DNA of 64,000 nt from a virus (IMGVR_UViG_3300028888_000049); one strand, 5' to 3'; positions 20,701 to 30,630 are shown, numbered from the stretch's first letter. Numbers and translations: made by a program. The notes: generated from the sequence alone by a model not told the origin.

Positions 20701-21523
20701 TTGTATCTAGATCTTCACTATAGACAGGTACAGTAGTAAATATCTTTTTTAATATATTTTTTCTTTCTAATTTAAGTTCGTCATCATCATTTTTACAACA
20801 ATCATCATCTGAACAATAAATTAATTCTACATCAGTATAACTATCATATACTTTACAATATTCAGTTAAATGTGTTGTAGGATTTAGTTTCATATTATAT
20901 CTAAACCCTTTAATAGCATTCATATCATATAATAAGCATATGGTTTCTAATTTTCTTATAAATTGTTTTGTATCACAATATGGAGATGTCTTAATATTTA
21001 CTGCAATATTAGTATTATTTAGAATTTGTGCAATGTCTGTATAATTATCATCTACTTCAGGTAATATAACATATGGAAATTTAAGATCTACTTTACCTGT
21101 AATTCTTGTATCAAAAACACTAAGACCTTTATTATCTTTATCAAAAAATAAACTTCTAACAGCTAAATTAGTAGATTTATAATAATCAGCATCAAAAGCT
21201 TCAAAAGCAGATTGTCCAATAAATGCAACTATAAGTTTACTAAAATCAATAGTACCTTTTTGTGCATAATATTCTAATATATTAAAGAATACATATCTAG
21301 CAAAATCAGTACCTCTAGCATCATTTACATACGTTACATGCGTTTCAGCAGATTTAAACTTACTCTGAAATACCCTATTTAAGTATGACATACCTTTAAC
21401 AGAATCAAAAATTTCTTTCTTATCATGTTCTAACGGTTTGTCAGCAATAAGAATTAATTTTGGTCCTAATGAACATTCATATTCTTTAATATCTCTTGGT
21501 ATAAACTTAACTTGATCTGCCAT
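17762..21523 (-). CDS. DNA polymerase (family B-type) with 3'-5' exonuclease, N-terminal UDG-like region and C-terminal primase-like domain
   Basis: YDIEVF, GFNN..YD and YC..DV exonuclease motifs; DVASLYPS, KLVLNSAIG and NTDG polymerase motifs; FECD, SGHRSYH and RYTRTP..NPKTG primase motifs. Confidence 0.9.
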   Translation of the reverse strand: MADQVKFIPRDIKEYECSLGPKLILIADKPLEHDKKEIFDSVKGMSYLNRVFQSKFKSAETHVTYVNDARGTDFARYVFFNILEYYAQKGTIDFSKLIVAFIGQSAFEAFDADYYKSTNLAVRSLFFDKDNKGLSVFDTRITGKVDLKFPYVILPEVDDNYTDIAQILNNTNIAVNIKTSPYCDTKQFIRKLETICLLYDMNAIKGFRYNMKLNPTTHLTEYCKVYDSYTDVELIYCSDDDCCKNDDDELKLERKNILKKIFTTVPVYSEDLDTIINTFKFRDSTGKIIPIKTITEDEANHIDRDRKSWTFYGDEKHPNGESSEWYSKWYHNAYIPYIRSNLSEKQIKRENYNSGVRYEWIYDIEVFKYDWLFVAMTLDRKNKVVCWNDGDTLRKWIKNKILIGFNNSGYDDAVIKHAMIYPYTVQGTPTVKEFSDALIYDQNPNKFPELAAKWTIVRTQDGINYNEKGEIIEDVTPPNFLSWDISLHGPFDIRRNSLKKLTMSVLNRKNYDSAVPFDIQTPLTQEQREEVERYCTMDVDNTLSLYLPEPGDLEKKAENPKYKMREFARDSYDIKWNLIVEYKMQAKQLITKSASFAAKVLCGENAKPNLKNTYKIVNGQKQYYAIPELAYKELAGTDVLDFYIKNQQNPDYIKEKFETHLGGDDEGHLYQFGFGGLHQALIKYGSTNLVNMDVASLYPSLLIQYNLMSRGAAAHPDSYEQVYHTRIEAKHTGNTLLNLGLKLVLNSAIGAMLSKFNPLYDTWSNSTICVHGQLLLFILVKRLFNAGFNIIQTNTDGIMIERQPDVDFMPISENWVKETRLVLEYDEIDLLQQNNVNNYYCKFSNGKVKSKGFYLSNEKYGKATSTILCNLVTHRPLLENTLPRDYVIYKRHGLGEICDAKTKTKLEGRSLAFIVGYPDDPETEEFISISRNPKEVVVKDEKGKPVLDENGNEVTEIVHSESKINGFTQHMKLIDDLDSLTWEEINTQEYINFAKNLLDAEEIFGPYYDEGYNKSEEPAFLQSLNPLKDHISPYPTNSGVVCQNFLFECDYLSKEEQEDLIEPVKDKLYRVVWSGHRSYHCVVRIDKPVPSNKYKNIWYYLQHKLGFVGADAQVSTPGRYTRTPDVINPKTGEMQTLYCEPKYVFSLDEILEDMPRLKEQIAEPKKFSGKSVTREALIKQIKKLDWSDGSRFVSCQKLSPVLMSTVSFEELILLIPTRLDRNQLYVLKGKYYYFKKHADELIEQDEFEGKDLS

Positions 21524-21540
21524 TTTTACCCCTCATTTAT

Positions 21541-21592
21541 AAAAAAGAAAAGTAGTAGAATAGAATATTGGCAAAAACTACTCTACTACTCT
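21541..21592 (-). terminator. Probable intrinsic terminator between gapR and polymerase
   Basis: AGTAGTAGA/TCTACTACT stem plus T-tract on the minus strand. Confidence 0.55.
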
Positions 21593-21605
21593 CACCACCA
21601 GCCAA

Positions 21606-21857
21606 CTACTCTAAACCAACAGCCTTTTCATAAGTAGCAAACAATAACTCTTCTTCTTCACGTTGCTGCTTATTTTTACGGCGCTGCTTGATAACGTGAT
21701 TAATGGCTTTTGGATCAAACCCTGCCGACTTTGCTTCCAACAAAATATCTTTACGATCTTGTTTCATTTCGCCAATTTCATCATCTACACGCTCGATACG
21801 CTCAATGATTGTCTTTAAACGCTTTGAATCCATTCCACCAACTTCAGTTTCTGACAT
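21606..21857 (-). CDS. gapR: GapR (DUF2312) nucleoid-associated, overtwisted-DNA-binding protein
   Basis: LKTIIERIER...DRKDILLEAKSAGFDPKAI..VIKQR...E..L..Y..AVG. Confidence 0.88.
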   Translation of the reverse strand: MSETEVGGMDSKRLKTIIERIERVDDEIGEMKQDRKDILLEAKSAGFDPKAINHVIKQRRKNKQQREEEELLFATYEKAVGLE

Positions 21858-21959
21858 TTTATTATCCTTTTTAAAAAATTAACTATCTTACATTTATATA
21901 GAAGTATAAATATTTTACTACTTTTCAAATTATTTTAAATTAATCTTCCAAATAGTTTA

Positions 21960-23066
21960 TTATTCACCTTCTTTATATTCACCTGTTATTGGATCAAACT
22001 CTTCTTCCTCAGATTCAGTATCTTCACTAGATGTATCTTCAAAAGATTTCATAACAAAATCTTTAACTTTTGCTGTAAAATCTTCTAATAATTCGGGTTG
22101 ACTCTTTAACCATAACAAAGCTTTGTCTTTACCTTGTGCTACGTTTTCACCATTATATTTAAACCAAGCACCAGATTTTTCTACTAATCCGAATTTAACA
22201 GCATAATCTAATACTTCTTCTTCTTTAGAAATACCTTTACCAAAACGAATAATAAAATTAGCTGTCTTAAATGGCGGAGCAACTTTATTCTTAATCACTT
22301 TAACTTCAGTCTCACGCGCTATTGCCATAGCATCATCACCTTTTCCTTCTTTGATTTGAGACTTACCAGCAATACGCATACGAACAGAAGAATAAAATTG
22401 CAAAGCCATTCCACCTGTTGTCGTTTCTGGATTACCAAACATAACACCAATTTTCATACGGATTTGGTTAACAAACAAACATAAGCAATTAGCTTCATTC
22501 GCCATCGCAGCAATTTTCTTTAATCCAGAAGACATTAAACGAGCTTGAGTGCCAATGAAGTTGTCACCAACCTCTCCATTCAATTCAGCTTTAGTTCTTG
22601 CTGCTGTTACACTATCAAAAATGATTACATCAACAAGTTTATTAGTTAATAATTCAACAATCATATTGAAACCGTCTTCTATGCAAGAAGGCTGTGAAAA
22701 AATAAGATTATTAAGATCAACACCTAAAGCTTTAGCATAGTTTGCATCGAAGGCGTTTTCGAAATCCAAGTAACAGACCGATAATCCTTTTTTCTGAGCT
22801 TCACTGCAAACCTGTAAACAAACTGTTGATTTACCACTTGATTCTGGTCCATAAATTTCACAGATACGTCCAAGTGGTAAACCTCCTACACCTAATGCTA
22901 AATCTAAAGAAATACTACCAGTTGAAACAACATCGACTTTTTTAATTTCGGTATTATTAAAAGTCATAGCTGATCCATCGCCAAATTTACTATTTAAAAG
23001 CTTAAGTGCAGCTTGAATCTTATTATTTCCTGCAGTTTCTTCTACTTTTTCAGCTTTTTTAGCCAT
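21960..23066 (-). CDS. recA: RecA recombinase (bacterial type)
   Basis: STGSISLDLALGVGGLPLGRICEIYGPESSGKST, NQIRMKIGVMFGNPETTTGGMALQFYSSVR, KNKVAPPF. Confidence 0.97.
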   Translation of the reverse strand: MAKKAEKVEETAGNNKIQAALKLLNSKFGDGSAMTFNNTEIKKVDVVSTGSISLDLALGVGGLPLGRICEIYGPESSGKSTVCLQVCSEAQKKGLSVCYLDFENAFDANYAKALGVDLNNLIFSQPSCIEDGFNMIVELLTNKLVDVIIFDSVTAARTKAELNGEVGDNFIGTQARLMSSGLKKIAAMANEANCLCLFVNQIRMKIGVMFGNPETTTGGMALQFYSSVRMRIAGKSQIKEGKGDDAMAIARETEVKVIKNKVAPPFKTANFIIRFGKGISKEEEVLDYAVKFGLVEKSGAWFKYNGENVAQGKDKALLWLKSQPELLEDFTAKVKDFVMKSFEDTSSEDTESEEEEFDPITGEYKEGE

Positions 23067-23116
23067 TTTTTATCTCCTTTTTATTGTAGATATTATATAG
23101 AATTACTTTTTTGAGT

Positions 23117-24229
23117 CTAATTTTGGGAAAAAAGTTCCATTTCTAATCTTTTTTCGATATTTTCATCATATTTTATTTCAACAAGCTTAATATTATGCTC
23201 TTTACAATAATCACGCTTAATTTTATCGTGTTTTTGTTGTATTTTAAATTTTAATATAGCTTTATCATCATCTTTTAATTTACCTTTAAAATACCATGGA
23301 GAATAATGTTGAGCACCTTGAAATTCAATACAAATATTATAAGTAGGTAAATAAAAATCAAATGGTAATGACCTTTTATCTTTACAATCTTTAAATCTTT
23401 TTTCGGAAATATATTCTACATTATGATTTTTCAAATATTCTGATATAAATTCTTCCTTTTTACTTCTAGTACATTTTGGGCAACCAAATCCATTTAAATG
23501 ATTACCAACTTTTTGCCAAAAATTATTACCACATTTATTACAATGAATAAAAATATAACCTTCTTTATTATCAGGGTAAATTGATTTTGAATAATCATAT
23601 TTATTACCATGTATTTTTTTGGCTTTTTCTATAAATTCATTTATATTACTTCTTAGTTTAAGTCTTGCACTATTTCTAGCACATTTTGGACAACCTCCTC
23701 CACGAAGCAATTCACTAGGAGTAGTATAAAAGAATTCTTTACATGTATTACACCAAACTTTACCTTTTATTTTTGCTCCTTTATATTCAAATTCAGTAAA
23801 GTCATATTTATCTCCATGAATTAATTTAACTTCTTTTATGAATTGTTCTTTTGTTTTTCTATTTGGATGTATTTTTTCAGGAGTACAATTAGGACATTCT
23901 TTTTGACCCTGATAAAATAAATACGCTTTTATTTTAAATTCTGTACCACAATTATTACATTTTATATCAATTAAATCATTTAACGTATTAAATTTTATTT
24001 TACTATAATCATATTTATCACCATAACGTTTTTTACATTTTTTAATAAATCTACTTAAACTCATATATAAATGAATATCGTTATTAACTCTTGGTATATT
24101 ATACTCTGATAAGTTTTGTCTAATAACTTTTGCACTCGTTTTAAATAATTCAGCTATATTAGATATTGGCAATTTCTGTACAATATATAAATCATATAAT
24201 TGTTCTTTGTCAAGTATTCTTTTACGCAT
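23117..24229 (-). mobile_element. Free-standing endonuclease (HTH, DUF723-like repeats, Vsr/DUF559-like nuclease); paralogue of 16570-17760
   Basis: HG.KYD repeats, GCPKC, LPFDFYLP.YNICIEFQG.QHY. Confidence 0.85.
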
Positions 24230-24584
24230 GTTTTTTCTCCTTCCAACAAATAGGACAATTATTACCTTTTAAATGTCTATGCGGAGTTATAGAAAATTCA
24301 TGACCACAATCTTTTTTTATTAATATAACTGGAGTTTCTGAATTTATATATTTTACTTTTGAATAATCATAAAGATCTCCATATTTAGTTTTACTTTTAT
24401 TTATAAATGTAAACGCATTATCTTTATGGCCTCTAGTTTCTTTTTTTATATTTAATTCTTTTAATTTTCTTTGTAAAGTATATGGATGAATTTCTAATAT
24501 TTTTGCTATTTCTTTTAATTCTAAATTTTGATTAATATACAATTCTATGAGTTTATCTTTATCTAATTCAATTTTAGTATTCAT
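24222..24584 (-). CDS. HTH plus single DUF723-like repeat, no nuclease domain
   Basis: LIELYINQNL HTH; YGDLYDYSKVKY...CGHEF...CPIC. Confidence 0.7.
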   Translation of the reverse strand: MNTKIELDKDKLIELYINQNLELKEIAKILEIHPYTLQRKLKELNIKKETRGHKDNAFTFINKSKTKYGDLYDYSKVKYINSETPVILIKKDCGHEFSITPHRHLKGNNCPICWKEKKHA

Positions 24585-24681
24585 TTTTATATCCTCATCT
24601 TAAGTCTATAATTATAATTAATAGAACTATTTTATTCCGAGGATTATCGCAGCTTTTTAAATTATTTTTCTGTTTCTAACA

Positions 24682-24718
24682 AAAAAAAAGATCAACATAT
24701 TTCTACGTTGATCTCTTC
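24682..24718 (-). terminator. Intrinsic terminator after clpP operon
   Basis: AGATCAAC/GTTGATCT stem plus T-tract. Confidence 0.7.
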
Positions 24719-24758
24719 TTTTCATCTATTATTTGGAGGACAATTACGATGAAAATCT

Positions 24759-25049
24759 TTAATGTAATGTTCTTGTTCTATCGTTTTTGGCTTCTTTATA
24801 TTCCTTATAAGCTTTTTTGAAGTCTTCTATATCAATATCACAAGCTTCTGTAATTTTAGCTACAGTTTTTACATAATCTTCAAAGACTTCTTGTAATATT
24901 TGATTAGCGTCATGATATTTATCAATCAAATCTAATGGTTTTGTACGATCAAAGCTATCAAGTTTATATACTTCAGCTAATTTATCTGCTGCTTCATTCA
25001 TTTTAAAGACAGAATCTCTCACAATTTCAATGATTTTATCTTTATTCAT
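24759..25049 (-). CDS. Hypothetical helical protein coupled to clpP
   Basis: 96 aa; start overlaps the clpP stop (TAATG). Confidence 0.65.
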   Translation of the reverse strand: MNKDKIIEIVRDSVFKMNEAADKLAEVYKLDSFDRTKPLDLIDKYHDANQILQEVFEDYVKTVAKITEACDIDIEDFKKAYKEYKEAKNDRTRTLH

Positions 25050-25645
25050 TATTTAATTTCCTTACGAGATTTAGTGACGCCGTCTAAACAGCCATACTTA
25101 ATTGCTTCTTTTTCATCCATCCAGAAATCTCTGTCGCAATCTTTTTTTACTTCAGCGACAGTTTTACCACAAGCTTCTGCTATTTGTTTCATACAACGTT
25201 CATTTGTCTTTTGAACATTCTTTAATGAAATTTCCATATCTTGATATTTACCTTCACAACCAGAACTAACTGTATGTAACATAATTTCTGTATTAGGATA
25301 AGCGTATCGATGTCCTTTTTCACCAGAAATAGTAATTAAGGCAGACATAGAAGCTACACAACCCATACATGTGGTATAAACTGGACATGAGATCATTTTC
25401 ATTGTTGAAATAATAGCTTCACCTGCTGTAACTGATCCGCCTGGACCTTGTACAAACATATAAATAGGTGCATTCTTATCTACAGATTCGAGGTGAAGCA
25501 ATTGTGCAACAATCGATTCGGCTAACTCATCCGTCACTGTTCCTGTGCACATTACTATACGATCTTGAAGTAATCGAGTAGTAATATCGATCATTCTTTC
25601 GTTACCGTTTTTATCTTTATGGATAACACCAGGTATATTTAACAT
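25049..25645 (-). CDS. clpP: ClpP protease proteolytic subunit
   Basis: DITTRLLQDRIV, IVAQLLHLES, PGGSV, ASM (Ser), IMLH (His), DRDFWM (Asp). Confidence 0.95.
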   Translation of the reverse strand: MLNIPGVIHKDKNGNERMIDITTRLLQDRIVMCTGTVTDELAESIVAQLLHLESVDKNAPIYMFVQGPGGSVTAGEAIISTMKMISCPVYTTCMGCVASMSALITISGEKGHRYAYPNTEIMLHTVSSGCEGKYQDMEISLKNVQKTNERCMKQIAEACGKTVAEVKKDCDRDFWMDEKEAIKYGCLDGVTKSRKEIK

Positions 25646-25657
25646 TATATTTTTCTC

Positions 25658-25798
25658 CTATAAACTTTTGATAAACATAGCTAAAATTATACTTAACAAT
25701 CCCCAACCAAAATATGGTATATGTAAACAACAAAGAATTAATATAAATATAATAATTGCAATAAATAACATTGCTATAAAATCACCAGAGTCAACCAT
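25658..25798 (-). CDS. 46 aa membrane protein (below track cutoff)
   Basis: MVDSGDFIAMLFIAIIIFILILCCLHIPYFGWGLLSIILAMFIKSL, AAGGAAG RBS. Confidence 0.6.
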   Translation of the reverse strand: MVDSGDFIAMLFIAIIIFILILCCLHIPYFGWGLLSIILAMFIKSL

Positions 25799-25815
25799 AT
25801 TTACTTCCTTTCTTT

Positions 25816-26247
25816 CTAATTTACATTTATATTAATATCAATATCACGATCTTTAGCAAATTTTAACAAACCTTCTAATCTAGTAGTAAGTTCTTGCTTT
25901 ACAATTTCAATATTTTTCTTTTTCTCACGTTTACGCCAGCATGGAGACTTTGGTGTATTTGAAGGTACAAAATTACCGTTTTCCATTTCAGGTCTATATG
26001 TTTTAAGATAATTACCAATATCATCTAAAGACCAAATATCAGTATGTTCAAGCATTTTAGATGCAACATCAATTACAGCATCTTTAACTGTATATAAATT
26101 ATTTTTTAATATTTTACCATTAACTCGTAAAGATGTTTGAAATACATTACGCTCTCTATTTCTAGATTCAGCTTTATCATAACATACATATTTTGGTAAA
26201 TCATACATACGTTTATTTTTAGTATTAACATTTGATGCAGTAGTCAT
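25816..26247 (-). CDS. Hypothetical protein, possible AP2-like DNA-binding N-terminus
   Basis: LPKYVCYDK...FQTSLRVNGK...YTVKDAV weakly AP2-like. Confidence 0.35.
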   Translation of the reverse strand: MTTASNVNTKNKRMYDLPKYVCYDKAESRNRERNVFQTSLRVNGKILKNNLYTVKDAVIDVASKMLEHTDIWSLDDIGNYLKTYRPEMENGNFVPSNTPKSPCWRKREKKKNIEIVKQELTTRLEGLLKFAKDRDIDININVN

Positions 26248-26321
26248 AGTTTAAGTTCCTTTTCTTTTTATTAAAGATATATATTATATAATATATAAAA
26301 AGTTAAATGTAAAACCAAAAA

Positions 26322-27686
26322 TTAAGCTAAAATATCATCAGGTCCATCGTTTTTAGGTAAATCGTACTTATTTTTGTAGAATGGTCCTACTTTAGCAAGT
26401 ATATCTTTAACTTTTTTACGAATGATTGCTTCTTCAAGGTTAATAGTTCCTTCTGGTACAGTCAAATCTGGGTTTAAGAGAATTTGTGCTATAATTTGTC
26501 CTAATTCAAAACACATATCTTCATTAAAACCTCGTGCTGTAATAGCTGGAGTACCAAGACGAATACCTGTACAATCTGCTGGCTTCAAATCACCTGAAAT
26601 CATATTTTTATTACATATGATGTTATATGACTCTAATAAAGATTCTGCTTGTTTACCAGTAAGACCTATACCTTTCATATCAAGTAAAACCATATGATTT
26701 TCTGAACCACCTGATACAAAACGAATTTTAGATTGTTTATCGTAATCTTTTATACCTTTTATAATAGCTTGCATATTACGATATACTTGTTCTGCATATT
26801 CTTTAAATTCTGGTTTAAGACAGTTTATAAAGCATTGTGCTTTTGCTGCAGTCATAGCATGATTACTTCCTCCAATATTTCCTGGAAATACTGCACTATT
26901 AATCTTTTTTGTATACGCATCATCATTCCAAAGAATTACTGAGCTTCTTGGGCCCAATAAACCCTTGTGGGTAGTAGTAGTTACAACATCAGACCAAATA
27001 GTAGGATCATACTTATCTTTCCACAAGTGTGCTGCGATAAATAAGCTAAAATGAGCCATATCAGTCCAAAGAATACAAGATTTTGGATCAGCATCTGGAT
27101 TATTACTTCCACCTTGATCATAATATACAGATTGATTATAATCATCAACAAGAGAACGTACTTTTTCAAAATCAATACGTCTTGAATATGCAGAATAACC
27201 CATAATCAACAATCTAGGTTTAACTTCATATAATCTTTTTCTAATTTCATCATAATCAATTAATTCATTTATTAATTCATAATTATGGTTTTCATACATA
27301 CGACCAGAATATGTAAATTTACTCCCGTGAGTCAAGTGGGCTCCGAGATTAAGATCCATAGATAATGTTCTATCACCTGGTTTACAAAAAGCATGATATA
27401 CACATGTATTTGCGTTACTACCATTAAATGTTTGAACATTAGCATGTTTAACTCTGAATAATTCACAAGCTTTGTCAATACAGTATTGTTCTACTTTATC
27501 AATTACTTCACATCCAGCATAATGCCTATTTCCAGGTAGACCTTCTGCATAATGTACTGATAATACTGAGCCTTCTAAATCTAAAATATCTTGATTTGGT
27601 AAGCCTTCAGATGCAATAAGACAAATTGTATCATTTAATTTATCAGTTTCTTCATTTACTAATTGCTGTAATTTTGGATCAATCAT
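26322..27686 (-). CDS. glyA: Serine hydroxymethyltransferase
   Basis: LIASE, YAEG.PG.RHYAGC, GAHLTHG, DMAH, TTTTHK (PLP Lys), NKN, GIRLGTPAITARG. Confidence 0.96.
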   Translation of the reverse strand: MIDPKLQQLVNEETDKLNDTICLIASEGLPNQDILDLEGSVLSVHYAEGLPGNRHYAGCEVIDKVEQYCIDKACELFRVKHANVQTFNGSNANTCVYHAFCKPGDRTLSMDLNLGAHLTHGSKFTYSGRMYENHNYELINELIDYDEIRKRLYEVKPRLLIMGYSAYSRRIDFEKVRSLVDDYNQSVYYDQGGSNNPDADPKSCILWTDMAHFSLFIAAHLWKDKYDPTIWSDVVTTTTHKGLLGPRSSVILWNDDAYTKKINSAVFPGNIGGSNHAMTAAKAQCFINCLKPEFKEYAEQVYRNMQAIIKGIKDYDKQSKIRFVSGGSENHMVLLDMKGIGLTGKQAESLLESYNIICNKNMISGDLKPADCTGIRLGTPAITARGFNEDMCFELGQIIAQILLNPDLTVPEGTINLEEAIIRKKVKDILAKVGPFYKNKYDLPKNDGPDDILA

Positions 27687-30630
27687 TATTTTCTTCCTCT
27701 TTCTCAGATTTGATTATTTTTTCTAAAGCATCTTTATATGCATCTTTCTTTGTATAGAATATACCTCCACCAATTAATTCATATTTAGATTTGTCACAAA
27801 ATAAAATACATCTCCATCCACCTATTGGTACAGGATAATAAGAAGCCTTTAATTTTCCACCGCAATTTGGACATTTAGTCATTAATCTTCTCCTAATGTT
27901 TTGTTGATTCTTTTTATTATCGTCATTAATTTGTCTTTATATCTAAGATTATCTGCTATCATCTCTTCTGCGTATAAGATTTCCCTGCACTCTTTCGATT
28001 GTTCTTCATTCAAAACTTCAAAATCCATTATTTTCTCCTTTTTTCTACTAATTTATTTATGCGTGAATGACAGTTTGGACATCTTTTACCATGTATTTCC
28101 GGAATATAAAATTCATTACAATATGAACAATTATATATTGAAACATATATCCAATCATCATCACTAAATGCTTCATCAGAGCAATCATATATAGCTGGAA
28201 CTCCAATAAATATACGATGTAAAAAATTTTTTATACTTTTAAACATTAATTTTTCCTCTTTTTTGATAACTCACTAATAATTTCTATAGCCTCATTATAA
28301 TCTTCTACAGCTACAGTCACATCAAACATCGAAGGATTAGCTTGATCTATAGATACAACATATGGTGTTTCAATAGATTTGTATGTATTTAAATCAACAT
28401 CGTCAGTTGTTGTTACTTTTACTGCAATATTAAATGCTTCAAGCTTTTCATCATTTTCAATCAGCTCTTTAATACGTCTAGCAACAGTATATCTGCCGTG
28501 TCCTAATTCTCCGTCTACAATAACGTTTATATTATGCTTTTTAATCATTTAAAACTCCATCTTCTATTAATTTATTTATAACCAATCTCGACAAAATAGA
28601 TCATTATAAAATTTTTCAGCTATTTTCAATATTTTATTACTTAATTTAGAAGTGAATTTAAATTGAATCAACATTATATCACCCCATAAATTATCATGAA
28701 ATGGAAAAATTTTATAACTCATAACAATGTCATTTTCATTACAAAAATTTTGTATAGGTTTGATTATTGGATCATTAAAAAGTTTTTTGATGTATCTTTT
28801 AGATGGATCTAGTTTTCTTACATTTACACATTTATATGCTGCTATAAATGTTTCTTTATCTATTGAATAACCATTATAAAATAAAGGTTTTCTAACCATC
28901 TTAAATGATTTTTCATCAATTAAAAAATTATTAATATTTTTTGCCCAATTTGGAATAAGACTATTAAATTCGTTTTCTGGCATATCTATAATTTTATTCA
29001 TCACTTTACCTCAATATTTATATCTTTAATTTTATTCAATAGTTGGCGAGCATTATTCCCAACACTATCATCTCTAATACATAAATCCAATATAAAAGAT
29101 TTCATTAGCTCATCACGCTTTTGTAAATATTCAGTGCACTTAACAACTGTTAAATAATTATTTTTCATTGCTAAAAACTGTTTTAACCAGAAATCCTCAT
29201 CCATTAGTAACACTTCCTGTTTTTTAGTAAATCAGATAATTTAAAACAGATATTTTCTAAAAGCATATCTTTTTCTTCGGATGTTAATTCTGAAATAGAT
29301 TTTATTTCTTTTATTTCATATACAAAATCACTATATTCATCATAATCAAATGAAATATCAATCGTTTTATTTGTTTCTATATCTATAACTTTATAAACAT
29401 CCATTTATCTAACCTTTTGTTATAACTTCCGCACATTCATATTCACAAGCAACTATATCAGCACAATCATATTCTTCCCACCAGACAGCTTCTTTAATAT
29501 CTTCTGTCTAATGAGAGTCTATTTCATTACAATTTACTGATAATTCCTTTGGATAAACGACTTTACCACTTTTAGTTATAACTTTTACTGTATATTTAGT
29601 CATTTATTCTTCCTCAAAAGCTTTTAAACCCTCAAATTTGTAATAATCTGAATAATCATATTTATTAGCTATATCATCTTTTATCATCCATAATGGAAAA
29701 TGACACCATGTGTTATCTTCTAACATTATAGCAATACATTCATCATCGCTTCTAGGTCTACAAAATACCTGGGATGATTTACACCACCCTATTATCTCTA
29801 ATTTAATATATTTATATCGCCATCTTTCATAATTTGTGCAAAAACCAGTATTCCAGTTTTCATACAAAAATCTATCGCCTGATAACTTTTTTATAACTCT
29901 TTCTTTATCTTTTTCAATATCATTCATTATAGATATTCCTTATAATTAACTTCAAGCCACTCCTTAAGTTCTGGATTAACTTGTAAGAGTTTTTGAGCTA
30001 AAGCTTTACAATCTGCTTTGAGTTTGATATATTCCTTACAGCTCGGTACTTGTTCAAGAACTTCTATATCATTTTTCATATGAACATTATTAAAACGATA
30101 TTTTTCATTTTTCAAAACCCACCATTCATCGTCTTGCCCTTTATCATGACATTCAGCTTCAAGCATGTAAGCAATATTTTTTGATACACAATAGTATTTC
30201 TTACCCTCAATAAGTTTACCTTTTTTCCAATCTTCTGTTAAATTAGTCATTTATCTTCTCCTAATACTTGATTTATTTTGGTTAATAATTCTTCACTTTT
30301 AACTTTTCTTTCTTCGTTTCCTCGCACTGTAGAAAAAGTAACATATCTATCAACATAAATTATACACTCTTTCAGCAGTTCTTTGAGTTGTTGATATTCT
30401 TCATAGCTTGGTACTGATGCTAGAACTTGTTCAACGTTAAAATTAACAAAGCTCTTTTCGCTTGGTACTTCGTTGTCTTTATACCATTGAACATACTCAT
30501 CTATATTAGTTTCACCATGAGTTTTAATATAATAATACCCTTCAGACAGTTCACCTTTTTTCAATTTCTCTGTTAAATCAGTCATAGCTTTTCCCCTGTT
30601 ATGATTGAGTATTGTCCACATATTTCCCAA
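27679..30630 (-). CDS. Array of small early hypothetical genes (27679-27882, 27882-28028, 28028-28246, 28246-28548, 28576-29004, 29001-29213, 29204-29404, 29604-29927, 29927-30250, 30247 to ~30585)
   Basis: Translationally coupled short ORFs, some zinc-ribbon-like; 29927 and 30247 genes are paralogues (MT.LTE..KKG.L.EG.YY ... VL..VPS..EY..LK). Confidence 0.65.
29409..29603 (-). pseudogene. 65-codon ORF interrupted by an in-frame TAG at 29508-29510
   Basis: MTKYTVKVITKSGKVVYPKELSVNCNEIDSH*TEDIKEAVWWEEYDCADIVACEYECAEVITKG fills the gap between neighbouring genes. Confidence 0.6.

Noticed and set aside
25049-25645. ClpP as the prohead maturation protease
   Set aside because: It lies in the early block with host-like architecture, and a gp21-like protease sits with the scaffold gene
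21606-27686. Host chromosome contamination or prophage boundary (recA, clpP, glyA, gapR)
   Set aside because: The genes share phage composition and promoter motifs and are interleaved with phage endonucleases; no integrase or att site seen
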